DNA of 64,000 nucleotides from a virus: positions 9,496 to 73,495 of the IMG/VR virus record IMGVR_UViG_3300031673_000022; one strand, given 5' to 3'. The position numbers and the translations under genes were made by a program. The notes under the pieces were generated by a model. The model was not told the origin of the DNA and did no database searches. It saw nothing but the letters and a program-made list of their open reading frames with translations. Below are positions 10,197 to 19,771 of this stretch, in pieces; within the stretch, counting starts at the first letter, position 1, and each line of letters begins with the position of its first letter.

Positions 10197-10247
10197 CGCT
10201 TTGGTTCCTTTTGACGCGGTTGACTCGGTGTGAGTCCTGTGAGGTGT

Positions 10248-10748
10248 CTAGTGCAGACTGTCCTTTGAGTACGCTTCTTTGACTGAAAACAACTCGGGTA
10301 GGACCACCGATCCCAGATAAAGGGCAATCCCCGCAGCGTCTGCCTCGTGCGGTGTTGGTGTACCAAAGAAGCTAAGAGCACCACCCTGGTCTTTTGGACA
10401 CACGTTCCGGTGCAACCAGTTTTTCCATTCGGTGTTCCGGAAGTAGAAAGTGTTTGGTCCTGCCATCGCCGGGAGACGCAGGTTGATATCCTCGGCGCTC
10501 GCACCTTGTCCACCTGGACGGTAAGTGAATCGCTCTGCTGCCATGGCTGTAGGTTTCAAGTCCCTATAGACGAAAGTCCAGAAGAACGATTCCCACATAC
10601 GCAGCGACGCACCAAAGAGCTTGGTGCTACCAAGGTCAGGAGGGTACAGTAGGCCGTGTCGGTGGAGGAGGAAGCCACGCTCAACAGAGCCGCGCAGGAC
10701 GGCCCAAGCAATGTATTTCCTCCCCATGTCGAACCCGACGACCTTCAT
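10248..10748 (-). CDS. ruvC: RuvC-like Holliday junction resolvase
   Basis: VVGFDMG (catalytic Asp), AAER (Glu) and HEADAAGIA, the RNase H-fold RuvC pattern. Confidence 0.75.
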   Translation of the reverse strand: MKVVGFDMGRKYIAWAVLRGSVERGFLLHRHGLLYPPDLGSTKLFGASLRMWESFFWTFVYRDLKPTAMAAERFTYRPGGQGASAEDINLRLPAMAGPNTFYFRNTEWKNWLHRNVCPKDQGGALSFFGTPTPHEADAAGIALYLGSVVLPELFSVKEAYSKDSLH

Positions 10749-10779
10749 AAGCTCCTCTACACAGGTACGGTACCCTTAT

Positions 10780-11571
10780 ATGGCGTCTCAGAGGAAGAAG
10801 AAAGTAAGCGGCAGTACGAAGCAGGTCAACACCGGGTGGCTACAAGTCATCGAGTCGGAACCACCTCGCTTCTTCTGTCCTGTCACCTCCGAAAACCTCA
10901 CTGGTCCATGTCAGCTAAGAGGATGCCCTCTCTGGACATCGAACAGTAAGGTGTATTGCTGCGTTGGTGCCTTCGGCGGAATGAAAGCAGCCAACAGCGA
11001 GGAGCGGTTGCAGGCGACATCGGCGAACCAACGCGAGAAGCGCGGTACCCTCCGCTCCGCTGCTGATGGGAAGCTCAGCTTCTACGACCTCGCCCACCTA
11101 TTCGGGTTCAGCCGTCAGCGTGTGGAGGGCTTTGTGAGCTTCGGTAGAAGCATCATCGAGACTTTGGCCCCACTGTTTGCGAACATCGATGTCACGCCGG
11201 AGCGTGACCGCTCCCAGGCGGAGCGCCGTCTCGGTAGCCCTACTCTGTTTACGTACTCTGCGCCCTCGTCCCACACAGACGAGGACGGTGATGAGACCCG
11301 CGTGTGCATCTGCTGCGAGACCATCATCGAACCCGACGACAATGAGCTGGTGCTCGCAATCCTCGATCGGGCTGAGGTGGCGTGGTGCTCCCGCGAGTGC
11401 GCCCGCGAGTTCCCCATCGACGCCTACCTCGTCGCGAACCGCTACAAGCGACATTGGTCCCAGGTCGCGCTCGGCAAGGACACCATTGACGAGCGTAGCC
11501 GTGTACGCGAGATCACTGTCAAGCGCATGCAAGCCCTCAAGGAGCTTGCCGAGAAACAGGGGTATGCGTAG
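10780..11571 (+). CDS. Cys-rich Zn-binding protein with sigma region-4-like HTH
   Basis: CPV..C..CP..CC cluster, LSFYDLAHLFGFSRQRVE HTH, and a CICC..WCSREC finger. Confidence 0.55.
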   Translation: MASQRKKKVSGSTKQVNTGWLQVIESEPPRFFCPVTSENLTGPCQLRGCPLWTSNSKVYCCVGAFGGMKAANSEERLQATSANQREKRGTLRSAADGKLSFYDLAHLFGFSRQRVEGFVSFGRSIIETLAPLFANIDVTPERDRSQAERRLGSPTLFTYSAPSSHTDEDGDETRVCICCETIIEPDDNELVLAILDRAEVAWCSRECAREFPIDAYLVANRYKRHWSQVALGKDTIDERSRVREITVKRMQALKELAEKQGYA

Positions 11572-11602
11572 ATGAGCGACACGCGGCTGATCATCAACTA
11601 GA

Positions 11603-11679
11603 TGGTGCGGGAGGGAGGACTCGAACCTCCGACCTCCTGACGCAAGCGCCAGGCGAGCTACCAACTGCTCTACTCCCAC
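11603..11679 (-). tRNA. tRNA-like gene with non-canonical 8-nt anticodon loop (identity undeterminable)
   Basis: GTGGGAG/CTCCCGC acceptor stem plus ACCA, D arm GAGC-AGTTGGTA-GCTC, T arm GGAGG-TTCGAGT-CCTCC, anticodon stem CCTGG/TCAGG enclosing CGCTTGCG. Confidence 0.8.
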
Positions 11680-11682
11680 AAG

Positions 11683-11760
11683 TGGTTGGGTGAGAAGGGA
11701 TCGAACCCTCGACCTTCCGGGGGCTTAGTCCGGACGCTCTACCAACTGAGCTATCACCCA
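11683..11760 (-). tRNA. tRNA-like gene with non-canonical 9-nt anticodon loop (central AAG)
   Basis: TGGGTGA/TCACCCA acceptor stem plus ACCA, D arm GCTC-AGTTGGTA-GAGC, T arm GAGGG-TTCGATC-CCTTC, anticodon stem TCCGG/CCGGA enclosing ACTAAGCCC. Confidence 0.8.
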
Positions 11761-11830
11761 TTAGGTTCCCTTCGTGCATTACAGTGCATGAAAGGCGGGC
11801 TGATTAGGCCCGTCGATGCATTTCAGTGCA

Positions 11831-12175
11831 TCATGCCGTCGCTGACTGCGGGGAGGTTACCACGCGCGTCGTGTTTATCTCCTCCCGTTCTTCCAAGAAC
11901 TGACTGAGGAACGGCTCCGCCTTCTTCAGCCACTCACCTTGCTGCGCGTAGTCCATGTCATGGCAGTGGGTTCTGCCTCTCTTGTGCGCACGCAGCGCGT
12001 ACAAGAGCGTCAGGTACACGCAGCCAGCGCCGGACGTGCGTAGGTTCCACTCGTTGAGCACCTTGCGGAAGGCTTCCCATGCCTCGCCGTTCGGTTGCTG
12101 CAACTCCGGGTACCGCCGCTGTCGCGCTACGTCCCACTTGGCTAGATCCACAACGTAGTCTTTGCTGTCAATCAT
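11831..12175 (-). CDS. hypothetical protein
   Basis: MIDSKDY start with AAGGAG RBS, overlapping the pth2 stop. Confidence 0.6.
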   Translation of the reverse strand: MIDSKDYVVDLAKWDVARQRRYPELQQPNGEAWEAFRKVLNEWNLRTSGAGCVYLTLLYALRAHKRGRTHCHDMDYAQQGEWLKKAEPFLSQFLEEREEINTTRVVTSPQSATA

Positions 12176-12482
12176 CTTTGTCTCCTTTTGTGTAGAGCTT
12201 GAGGTTCCCCAGGGCCTTGCACCTAGGCCCTGGGGGCAAGCCGATAGCCATCGCCTGCCCGAAGTATGGCGCATCGGGCTCGACGACAAGATGATGAACA
12301 TGCCCACGAGCCGCCAGGGCCGAGGACAAGTTCATCAGAGATTGTTCGTTGGGAACCGAGAGGATGACAGCGAAGGTGCCGACCTCGGTAGGTCCGGTCT
12401 CTCCTGCTGCATGACAGATCATCGCCGCAGCCACGCCTACCGAGAGGTCGGCGCGTACGATGATTTGGTGCCTAAGGGGCAC
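12168..12482 (-). CDS. pth2: peptidyl-tRNA hydrolase type 2 family protein
   Basis: QIIVRADLSVGVAAAMICHAA..AVILSV..LVVEPD..GQAMAIGLPP..LGNLKLY matches the Pth2 fold pattern. Confidence 0.75.
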   Translation of the reverse strand: MPLRHQIIVRADLSVGVAAAMICHAAGETGPTEVGTFAVILSVPNEQSLMNLSSALAARGHVHHLVVEPDAPYFGQAMAIGLPPGPRCKALGNLKLYTKGDKDD

Positions 12483-12525
12483 GCCCGCGACGGGCTGCGT
12501 GTCAAGCTCGCTGGTTCATGAGATC

Positions 12526-12554
12526 AGTATGCGCACCAGAGCACACGCCGTCAA
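12526..12554 (-). promoter_or_regulatory. sigma70-type promoter of the pth2-tRNA operon
   Basis: TTGACG-N17-CATACT on the minus strand. Confidence 0.55.
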
Positions 12555-12560
12555 GAGATC

Positions 12561-13292
12561 CTATGAGTTGATCCGCTCTTCCCAGGTTAGGTCGACCGAA
12601 GAGAGCGCTGGCTCAGAGGTCAACGGCGTCCCCGCCGGGGTAACGGCTTGGACGCGGAACGATATGTAGTAGCTGGCCGGAACGTTTGGGATCAGGACGT
12701 CCGCTGTTCGGTGCAGGATACGGGTGGTCGTCCCTGCGTCGTCATAGATGTCCTCGACGAAGAGCGTGCCTGTGAGCCCATCGTTGATGTTCTGAGAGCG
12801 TCCATCGTAGACGGTGTACTCGACCTGCCACCGAACCGCCTTGCCGCTCTCGTTCAGGTCCCCAGTCTTCGTCCAGTGGATGTGAAACGATGGCTCAGTC
12901 ACGGCGTAGGCCGGCAACTTTAGCTGCCGGAACGCTTCGTCAACGTTCGGTGTGAACTGGAGCACCACCGTTGTGCCATAGACAACGATGCCGGGGATGG
13001 TTCCGCCTGCCCAATGTGCCGAGGTAGGCGACAGCACCGGGATGTGCTGCAAGCGCGTCACGTTCGCCACGACCTGGTTCGGCACAACCTCGGTGTTGTC
13101 GTTCTCGTCCGGGTCGTTAGCAGCGGTGATGTTGATGAGGCCGCGCGCCTGCATGTTTGGGATGTCCGACTCGTCCATCTTCGACGCCGGGAGCGTGCGG
13201 GTTACCTCCCCGTAGGCCGGGATGTTGGCCTTCACCGGGAGCGGGATGGCGAGCACGGAGCCGAGCAGGTTCTTGATTGTGTACGTTGCCAT
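12561..13292 (-). CDS. putative virion structural protein
   Basis: Beta-rich, Thr/Val/Pro-rich sequence starting MATYTIKNLL. Confidence 0.5.
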   Translation of the reverse strand: MATYTIKNLLGSVLAIPLPVKANIPAYGEVTRTLPASKMDESDIPNMQARGLINITAANDPDENDNTEVVPNQVVANVTRLQHIPVLSPTSAHWAGGTIPGIVVYGTTVVLQFTPNVDEAFRQLKLPAYAVTEPSFHIHWTKTGDLNESGKAVRWQVEYTVYDGRSQNINDGLTGTLFVEDIYDDAGTTTRILHRTADVLIPNVPASYYISFRVQAVTPAGTPLTSEPALSSVDLTWEERINS

Positions 13293-13386
13293 GTTGAGCC
13301 TCAGCGGGACTATTTCGTTCTCAGGTGCCACTTGCTTCGGGCCGCTGCCATCTTATTGGGATCGATGCGGCGGACCTTCACCGGAT

Positions 13387-14337
13387 CTAGAGCCCGTGGT
13401 ATTGCTCAGTCTGCCTACCGGATGGAGCCGCCTCGACACCTAGCTTCTTCAGGGCTTCACGCAACACCAGCTTGGCGACCGAGTATGGGAAGCTCTCATG
13501 TGAATAGGAACCTAACCCAATCAGAGCCTGAAGCTGAGCCTCATAGGTGCTTTCGCGCCCAAGTGTCCTCTTGAGGATGGAGTAGATGTTCTTCTTTGGA
13601 GAATCATGCTCCTGCATAAGGCGAGATACGTACTCATCAAAAGAGATGCGCTCCTGCGGCTCTGCCAGCCACTCCACCTTAGTGACCTTCCCGGGGTTGA
13701 CCTCAGTCATTGACTCAAAGTCCTTTGGGTCGATGGAAAAGTACAAGATACCCCCTGCCGTGCCCTCCTTGAACGGAATGCCCGCCTTCTGGATTTTGCC
13801 CCCCCAGTTACTGTAGCTCTTGCTGTGTAGGTACACGCGCTCGATGGCACGAGGGGACACGAGGCCCCGGAAGAGCGCTTGTGGCTCATTCCCCCATGCC
13901 TTCCCTGAAAGATAAGCCGACGTCGAGGGGCGGAATGATTGTGGGAACTTGGACCCCCACGTCCCATCCTCTTTTCGCATCGCATCGGGAGACGGAAACG
14001 GAGGAAATAGGTTCTTACCCAAAGCCTTAAAAGATACAGCTATGCCACCAAACATCCAAGTATTCCCGAGGTTGGGCGCCACAAAGAGGCCACGATTCAC
14101 TACGACCCGCTTGCCACCGACGTTCACCCAGTGCGGGTACTTCCGCCGCGTCGGGCGTCGGGCATCGATGCCGTTTTTAATGAAGTCGGCGATATCGTCA
14201 GCGTCCGATGCGTGGAACACACGGAGAACAGTCGTAGGCTTCAGGTTCGCAACGTCTGAGCGCTGACCAGCTTCAAGTAAGGACCGTGCCTCGATGAGTG
14301 CATTCATAGCTGCTTGAATCTTGTTAACTGTGCTCAT
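13387..14337 (-). CDS. ADP-ribosyltransferase-like protein with leader-like N-terminus
   Basis: LRVFHAS..KNGIDA..GLFVAP..EPQALF..VSPRAI, after N-terminal AAMNALIEARSLLEAG. Confidence 0.55.
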   Translation of the reverse strand: MSTVNKIQAAMNALIEARSLLEAGQRSDVANLKPTTVLRVFHASDADDIADFIKNGIDARRPTRRKYPHWVNVGGKRVVVNRGLFVAPNLGNTWMFGGIAVSFKALGKNLFPPFPSPDAMRKEDGTWGSKFPQSFRPSTSAYLSGKAWGNEPQALFRGLVSPRAIERVYLHSKSYSNWGGKIQKAGIPFKEGTAGGILYFSIDPKDFESMTEVNPGKVTKVEWLAEPQERISFDEYVSRLMQEHDSPKKNIYSILKRTLGRESTYEAQLQALIGLGSYSHESFPYSVAKLVLREALKKLGVEAAPSGRQTEQYHGL

Positions 14338-17300
14338 TTGATGACCTTCTCGATCTCGATCACAGCGGCAGGTGCCGCTCGTACTTCCTTCTCGCCACCG
14401 TGGAAGGACACGCTCGGGTGGTCCATGTTCACCTTGGCTACCACGATGCCGACATTGCGGAGGTTGGCGCTCTTGAATGCCTTGGTAGAAGAAGCAAAGA
14501 AGATTGGGTCGAACCTATAGCGCGACTGCTGAAGGTACTTCTTGTAGAGCCAAAACACCATTTTCGGGTCATCTAGTTTCTTCAGAAACTCGGAGGTGGC
14601 CCGTTCCCCGTCGACGGAGTTCATGTGGTTGAGGAGCTTGTCCCATGTCCCCCGCTCAGCCTTAATGTGGCGGACAAGCTGCTCCCCTGTGTACGCGCCA
14701 TGCATGATCATGACTGCCTCTTTCAAGGCTCTGGAAATCTCTTTGGCAGCGTGCAAGTCGTGGGTGAAGGAGATGCCCTTCTCCCCTGTCCTGGTTGCTT
14801 GCGATCCTCCAAGACCGCCTTCGTTGGGGACCTTCTCCGAGAACCCATTTCGCCCGATGTCAACTGCGTTGATCGAGGCGTGGTACAGCGTCTCCACGTC
14901 TTCGTGCGTAGGGATGTCTTCGGCGCTCTTCTTGGCCTGTTCGATCTGCTTCTGGACTTCTTGCAAGTCCATCTTGCTAATAAGCGCTGGTACCTGCGTC
15001 TGGAACAGCTTGATGAGTGCGTACGCTTTCGCGTTGTCCTCTGGACGCCAAGTGAGGTCGACTTCGTCTTCAAGCTCCTTCAGGACTTCGTTCAGCGACT
15101 TCGTGAGCCTGGCCGACGCCTTCATGGCTTCTTGGTGACGGTAGCTCATGCCGGAGAACTCTCGCAGTGCGGTCATCTCCACAACTTTGAAGGGCGAGAT
15201 ACTTAGCTCCTTCTCGGTCTCATCAAGAACCTTCTCGTAGTCGCTCAGAAGAAGGTCGGCTCCCTCGACGTACTTTTCCAGAGCGACCGAGACGTTGTAG
15301 TCAAGGTCGATTCCTTGGTCGGACAAGGCTTCCTTCATGCCTGACATATCGATCAGCTTGTTTAGCTTGCCAGCGGCAACCAATGCGATCTTGAACTGAG
15401 CCAGCAGGTTACGCGGGGGACGTTGAATCCGGCCACGGACCCTCGCAGCAGGCTGAGAACGATTCGTCTTTTGGAGCTTCTTCTGCCGCTCCGCTACCGA
15501 CTTCTTGTAGTGCGGCAGCGCCTTCTTCAACCCGAAGTGCAACGGGCTCGGCAGATCGTCGATGTCCGTCCAGACGTGGTCCGACGACTCCCAACCGTGC
15601 TTGGGCTCGAACTCCTCGGGAACGATGATGAGGTAGTTGTGGTACCGGAACTTGGCGTCCTTGAAGACGTACACGAGGTCAAGCTCGAAGTGACCGCGAT
15701 AGCCCGCTTCCTCAGTGACCTCTCGCCGAAGGGCGTGGCTCGGGTCTTCACCATCGTCGATGGCCCCGCCCCACACGCCCCAGGTGTTCGGCTCGTTCAC
15801 CTGCGAGCTACGCTTCTGGACGAGCACGCGACCCGTGTCCTTCGCGTAGAACAGACCGCCGGCCCCCGCGTTGCCCCAGAACTTCCCTGACTCGTCAGTG
15901 AAGATTTCTCCTCCCAAGACCTCAGCGGCCTTCAGCTCTTTACCGGCGGCGAGGTTCGCTGCCTTCTTCAGTGCCTCGCGAATCTCGCGGCTGGTCATGG
16001 CTTTCTGAAACTTGGCCCTGTCGAGCATCACGACTTTGTAGCGCTTTGAGATGCCTAGCTCGTCGAGAAGGTAGTTCTTGCTGTTTCCTTCATAGCGGTA
16101 GATGATCGTGCCTTCGGGGAGATTGAGCACGCCCTTTTTGGTCCGCCATTCCGCCTCGCTTTTGAACTTCTTGCCAAAGTCGCGAAGCCCCCACTCAGCC
16201 ATCCGGTAGTAGAGCGCGTCGCTCGCGTCGCCCCGACTACGCAACTTGCTCAAGTCATAGGCGTCGATGGATTCGACACCCTTCTTCAAGATCCTTGCGA
16301 GGTCTTTGACACTCCGAACCTGCGCTCTCCCCTTTTCCAACTGCTTTGCGACCTGCTGGAGCGCGTCACTATTGAAGTACAACTCGCGCAGGAAGCCGTA
16401 CTCGCTCGACCACTTCGCCCCGTACTCCTTGCCGGAGGCAAGCTCCTTTTGGAGTGCATCAGCCGCCGCTCTATTACCCCCGCCGAAGAAGAGACTGAAC
16501 AATCTATCTGCCACAGCAAAGTGCCCTGTCGGCGTGTCCGTGTCCGCGTTGGCAATACGGTAGACAGCCTCTAGTCCCTTGCTGGCGAGGTACTCTGGCT
16601 TCTCGTATAGGACGCGCGAGACCTTGTTCGCCTCGACGAGAGCTTGGCCGGGGATCTTGAGGATGGTGTCGCCGATTGCATGGAAGTAGACCATGATGAG
16701 GCTGGAGCCGGAAACACCAGCGACCCCTTCGAGCTTCCCTTTCGCCAGTTGCTCCCAACGGTCGCTGGTCTCCGGCAACTCCGTGACCATGTAGAAGTGC
16801 TTGGGCACATCCGGGGTCGCGTATGACTTCGCGTCCAGCGCTCCCGCAGCGGCGGTGACGATCCCGTTGGCGACCAGCAAGAGGCCGCCCGACAACTCCT
16901 TATCGGTGATGCGGTCATCACCGGACAAGATCCTAGATGTGATCGGAGACTTGACGCGCATGCCTGCCGCCAGCAGCGCCCCAACCGCCTTACGAAGTTC
17001 CCCCTCGTCGATGTCGGAGTGCTGGATCGCGATGGCGCGGCCGACCTTGGTGACGTTGATGCCATGACGCTCGACGCCGCGTGTGTGGCGTTTCACCGAG
17101 CCGTGGCGCGAAAGCGGGATGCCAGCTTTCCGTAGAACCCCCATCACTCCCTGGACGCTAAGAGGACCTGCCGCTAGAAGCTCCTGAGCCGCGCTCAGAG
17201 CGACGGAAGCGACTACTGCCTGCCCCTTCAGGGTGAGCGTGTACTTCCCGCCACGCGACGACACAGCGCCCAGGAACAGCAACCGCGTCAGGTACGCCCG

Positions 17301-17417
17301 GATCGCCGTCTGCGACTGCCCTGTCCACTTGCGGATCCCCACGATACTCATCGGCTGACGCTTGAGCGTCCGCAGGATGTCTACAAGAGCAGGCTGAGTG
17401 ATTTCAGAAGTCGCCAT
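14334..17417 (-). CDS. approx. 1030-aa polyprotein: N-terminal wHTH, Nudix hydrolase and C-terminal ART-like domain
   Basis: Nudix box GGAIDDGEDPSHALRREVTEEAG, ART-like LYHAS..GISFT..EKEV, and HTH-like N-terminus IRKWTGQSQTAIRAYLTRL. Confidence 0.75.
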   Translation of the reverse strand: MATSEITQPALVDILRTLKRQPMSIVGIRKWTGQSQTAIRAYLTRLLFLGAVSSRGGKYTLTLKGQAVVASVALSAAQELLAAGPLSVQGVMGVLRKAGIPLSRHGSVKRHTRGVERHGINVTKVGRAIAIQHSDIDEGELRKAVGALLAAGMRVKSPITSRILSGDDRITDKELSGGLLLVANGIVTAAAGALDAKSYATPDVPKHFYMVTELPETSDRWEQLAKGKLEGVAGVSGSSLIMVYFHAIGDTILKIPGQALVEANKVSRVLYEKPEYLASKGLEAVYRIANADTDTPTGHFAVADRLFSLFFGGGNRAAADALQKELASGKEYGAKWSSEYGFLRELYFNSDALQQVAKQLEKGRAQVRSVKDLARILKKGVESIDAYDLSKLRSRGDASDALYYRMAEWGLRDFGKKFKSEAEWRTKKGVLNLPEGTIIYRYEGNSKNYLLDELGISKRYKVVMLDRAKFQKAMTSREIREALKKAANLAAGKELKAAEVLGGEIFTDESGKFWGNAGAGGLFYAKDTGRVLVQKRSSQVNEPNTWGVWGGAIDDGEDPSHALRREVTEEAGYRGHFELDLVYVFKDAKFRYHNYLIIVPEEFEPKHGWESSDHVWTDIDDLPSPLHFGLKKALPHYKKSVAERQKKLQKTNRSQPAARVRGRIQRPPRNLLAQFKIALVAAGKLNKLIDMSGMKEALSDQGIDLDYNVSVALEKYVEGADLLLSDYEKVLDETEKELSISPFKVVEMTALREFSGMSYRHQEAMKASARLTKSLNEVLKELEDEVDLTWRPEDNAKAYALIKLFQTQVPALISKMDLQEVQKQIEQAKKSAEDIPTHEDVETLYHASINAVDIGRNGFSEKVPNEGGLGGSQATRTGEKGISFTHDLHAAKEISRALKEAVMIMHGAYTGEQLVRHIKAERGTWDKLLNHMNSVDGERATSEFLKKLDDPKMVFWLYKKYLQQSRYRFDPIFFASSTKAFKSANLRNVGIVVAKVNMDHPSVSFHGGEKEVRAAPAAVIEIEKVIK

Positions 17418-17431
17418 TAAGTACACCCACA

Positions 17432-18745
17432 CTACACCAAGTTCAAATAAATCAATGTATCGGTGAGGGTGAAACCAACATTGACACCAGGTCCTCGGAA
17501 CTGTGTGGGGTCGTAGATGTTCGGAGACCCTGCCCCGACGCCACTTGAATACACCTTGTAGGTGTACTGGTTCATGCCGTACTTGCCCATGAGGCGATTG
17601 GCAACATGCGCAATCGGCGTAGCCTGGCGGATGATGTCGCGCTTCGCGCTAGGCCATGCACCGGGGTCAGTACCACGCAAGTCCTCCAGCAGCTTAGAGG
17701 CAATAGTGTCATAGACACCCTGCTGGTCGATGTCGAGTGTAACCGATTGCCCGGAAAACGAGAACTGTAGTTCTCCAGCCAGGAGTTGCTGAGCGTGCAT
17801 AGCCCAGAGGGCAGCAGCCTCGATGAGGAACCGGGTAGTGGTCGAGGCGTAGGGGAAGTTCAACAGCGACCAGTCGGAGGCCGGGGTTGTGCCGTTGAGA
17901 ATTCCCAAGCCGCGCTGGAAATACTCGAAGAGGTCCGAGTCCGGGTACGACTGGATTGCTCCTTGTCGCTTCTGCAACTTGTCGATGAGGACGCGGAGCG
18001 ACGGACCTAGTGACCAGAAGACGGAGGGCGGGACAAAGATGCGCTGTACCGTCGTCTCGGTGGGGCTCGTGATTGTCTGCCGGTAGTTCCAGACAACCTG
18101 GATCTCTCCGAAGTCGGTGAGGGCCGGGGTATCGAAGATGTACGCGAAGAGGTTCTGCTCCTCGACCTCGACGATGGTTCCGCCCGCCAGGGAACCTGTG
18201 AACAGTGCCGTGTCCGAGGGGCAGGGGTTCGTCAACGACGACGACATGAACCCCTGGATCGAGATTTCGTCAGGACGACGAGGCAGCCGAAGCACAACGC
18301 GCTCCGAGTTTCCTGCGTAGACCATGTAAGACTCGGCCCGAACGTCATCGAGCGTGTCAGGTGTCCGCAGTTCGATGACATCGAAGGGCAGCGTCTGCTG
18401 AAGCTGCCTTGCCGTTTGCGCCACCATGTTCCAAACGATGCGCCACTTGTTCGACTGCGTGGACAGTGGAGCATCTTGCGGAACCGCCCATGAGGCTGTC
18501 CAGCGTCCTGGCTGCGAGCCGGGGGTACCCACGCCGGAGTTCACCTGGACACCGGAAGGGTCCACGATGGTGTACGAAGGCGACTCCGCCGGGTTAGCAG
18601 GCACAGCCGGGGTCGTGTTGTTGGGCGCGTCGTCGAAGAAGTCGGCCTCGAACACAACGCCAATTCCTCGCGCGTGTTGCGCCAGGTTAGGAGCAATTAC
18701 TTGGTTGGTGGTACCACCGCCGGTTGCGTTCGTAGGGAAGGCCAT
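17432..18745 (-). CDS. putative head-tail connector/neck protein with Ig-like N-terminal domains
   Basis: Beta-rich N-terminus, then LRVLIDK..SDLFEYF..LLAGELQFSFSGQSVTLD, resembling myophage neck proteins. Confidence 0.45.
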   Translation of the reverse strand: MAFPTNATGGGTTNQVIAPNLAQHARGIGVVFEADFFDDAPNNTTPAVPANPAESPSYTIVDPSGVQVNSGVGTPGSQPGRWTASWAVPQDAPLSTQSNKWRIVWNMVAQTARQLQQTLPFDVIELRTPDTLDDVRAESYMVYAGNSERVVLRLPRRPDEISIQGFMSSSLTNPCPSDTALFTGSLAGGTIVEVEEQNLFAYIFDTPALTDFGEIQVVWNYRQTITSPTETTVQRIFVPPSVFWSLGPSLRVLIDKLQKRQGAIQSYPDSDLFEYFQRGLGILNGTTPASDWSLLNFPYASTTTRFLIEAAALWAMHAQQLLAGELQFSFSGQSVTLDIDQQGVYDTIASKLLEDLRGTDPGAWPSAKRDIIRQATPIAHVANRLMGKYGMNQYTYKVYSSGVGAGSPNIYDPTQFRGPGVNVGFTLTDTLIYLNLV

Positions 18746-18826
18746 GTCGTTCCTCGCTGATTCAGGATGCCGAGTTGGCAACCTATGAGGAGAGGAACCA
18801 CCCCACTCTCGGGAGAACCCCATCTA

Positions 18827-19771
18827 GTGCCAGCACGCATCTACCGACCCGAGTATGATCAGTCACGATTCGACAACTCGACAGTCGGGGGCGATCACTA
18901 TCGCCAAATCGCAGAGCGTGAACTCATCCCGCGCATCATCGAGCGTCAGAAGCAGGCACTGAACGTCGTCCCGGACTTCTTCCGCTTCTACCAGAGAGCC
19001 TATACTGGCCGTCGCTGCTCCTGCTTCTCATCGATCGAGACTTCCCCTGCGGCCTCTTGTGGGGTGTGCTTCGGTACTGGCAACACGGGCGGCTACCAGT
19101 TGTACGGCCATGTGACGGATGTCTTTGATGCGACGGCTCCGTCCACGGCTATCTCCGTCGTGCAGGACTTCGACCAGATCACGCGCCCCATCCAGTTCCG
19201 CCTCACCCATAGCGCGGTACGCGGGTACATCGACTTCACGATGCCTGTGCGGGGCGGCATCAACCGTTGCACGCTGGCCAGCCTTCACGCGGTAGCTCCT
19301 CGCGGAACACGGGTACGTGCCGGGGTGAAGCTGTTCAGCGAGCCTGATTTCGTCGACCTCACCGTGGAGGCAGTGACCGCACGCTTGCAGGCCGCTCAGA
19401 CCTCGGGCGGGCTACACCTACGGGTTACCCTGGAGCGGGATTCGATCTCGGCTGAGAGCCCGCGCTTCTCGTTCTTGCGCGTCCGTTACCAGACGCTTGA
19501 CGACGACACCGTACGTGGAGACATCCCGCGCAGCACCGAGGCCAACCGCTCGTCGGAGTTCGGTTGGTTCGAGGATGTGGCCACGCGATCGATGTACCTC
19601 GACTCTACGCTGCGTTCTGTGACGACGGAAGACCTCTTCCGTCAAGTGAATACAGGCAGGTTGTGGAAGTGCTTCTCGACCAACGCGAACGCGCCGGGCG
19701 GTCTTCTCACGTCATGGGATCTTGAAATCCGTCTCGTCCAAAACAGCGAGAAGTACGCGAGCATCCCATGA
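18827..19771 (+). CDS. putative head-completion/neck protein with Zn-binding motif
   Basis: GRRCSC..CGVCFGTGNTGGY motif, seen in large myophage head-tail proteins. Confidence 0.5.
   Translation: MPARIYRPEYDQSRFDNSTVGGDHYRQIAERELIPRIIERQKQALNVVPDFFRFYQRAYTGRRCSCFSSIETSPAASCGVCFGTGNTGGYQLYGHVTDVFDATAPSTAISVVQDFDQITRPIQFRLTHSAVRGYIDFTMPVRGGINRCTLASLHAVAPRGTRVRAGVKLFSEPDFVDLTVEAVTARLQAAQTSGGLHLRVTLERDSISAESPRFSFLRVRYQTLDDDTVRGDIPRSTEANRSSEFGWFEDVATRSMYLDSTLRSVTTEDLFRQVNTGRLWKCFSTNANAPGGLLTSWDLEIRLVQNSEKYASIP

Noticed and set aside
11603-11760. Suppressor tRNAs or stop-codon reassignment
   Set aside because: Neither loop presents a properly positioned CUA, UUA or UCA, and conserved genes are intact and end at TAG, TGA and TAA under the standard code.
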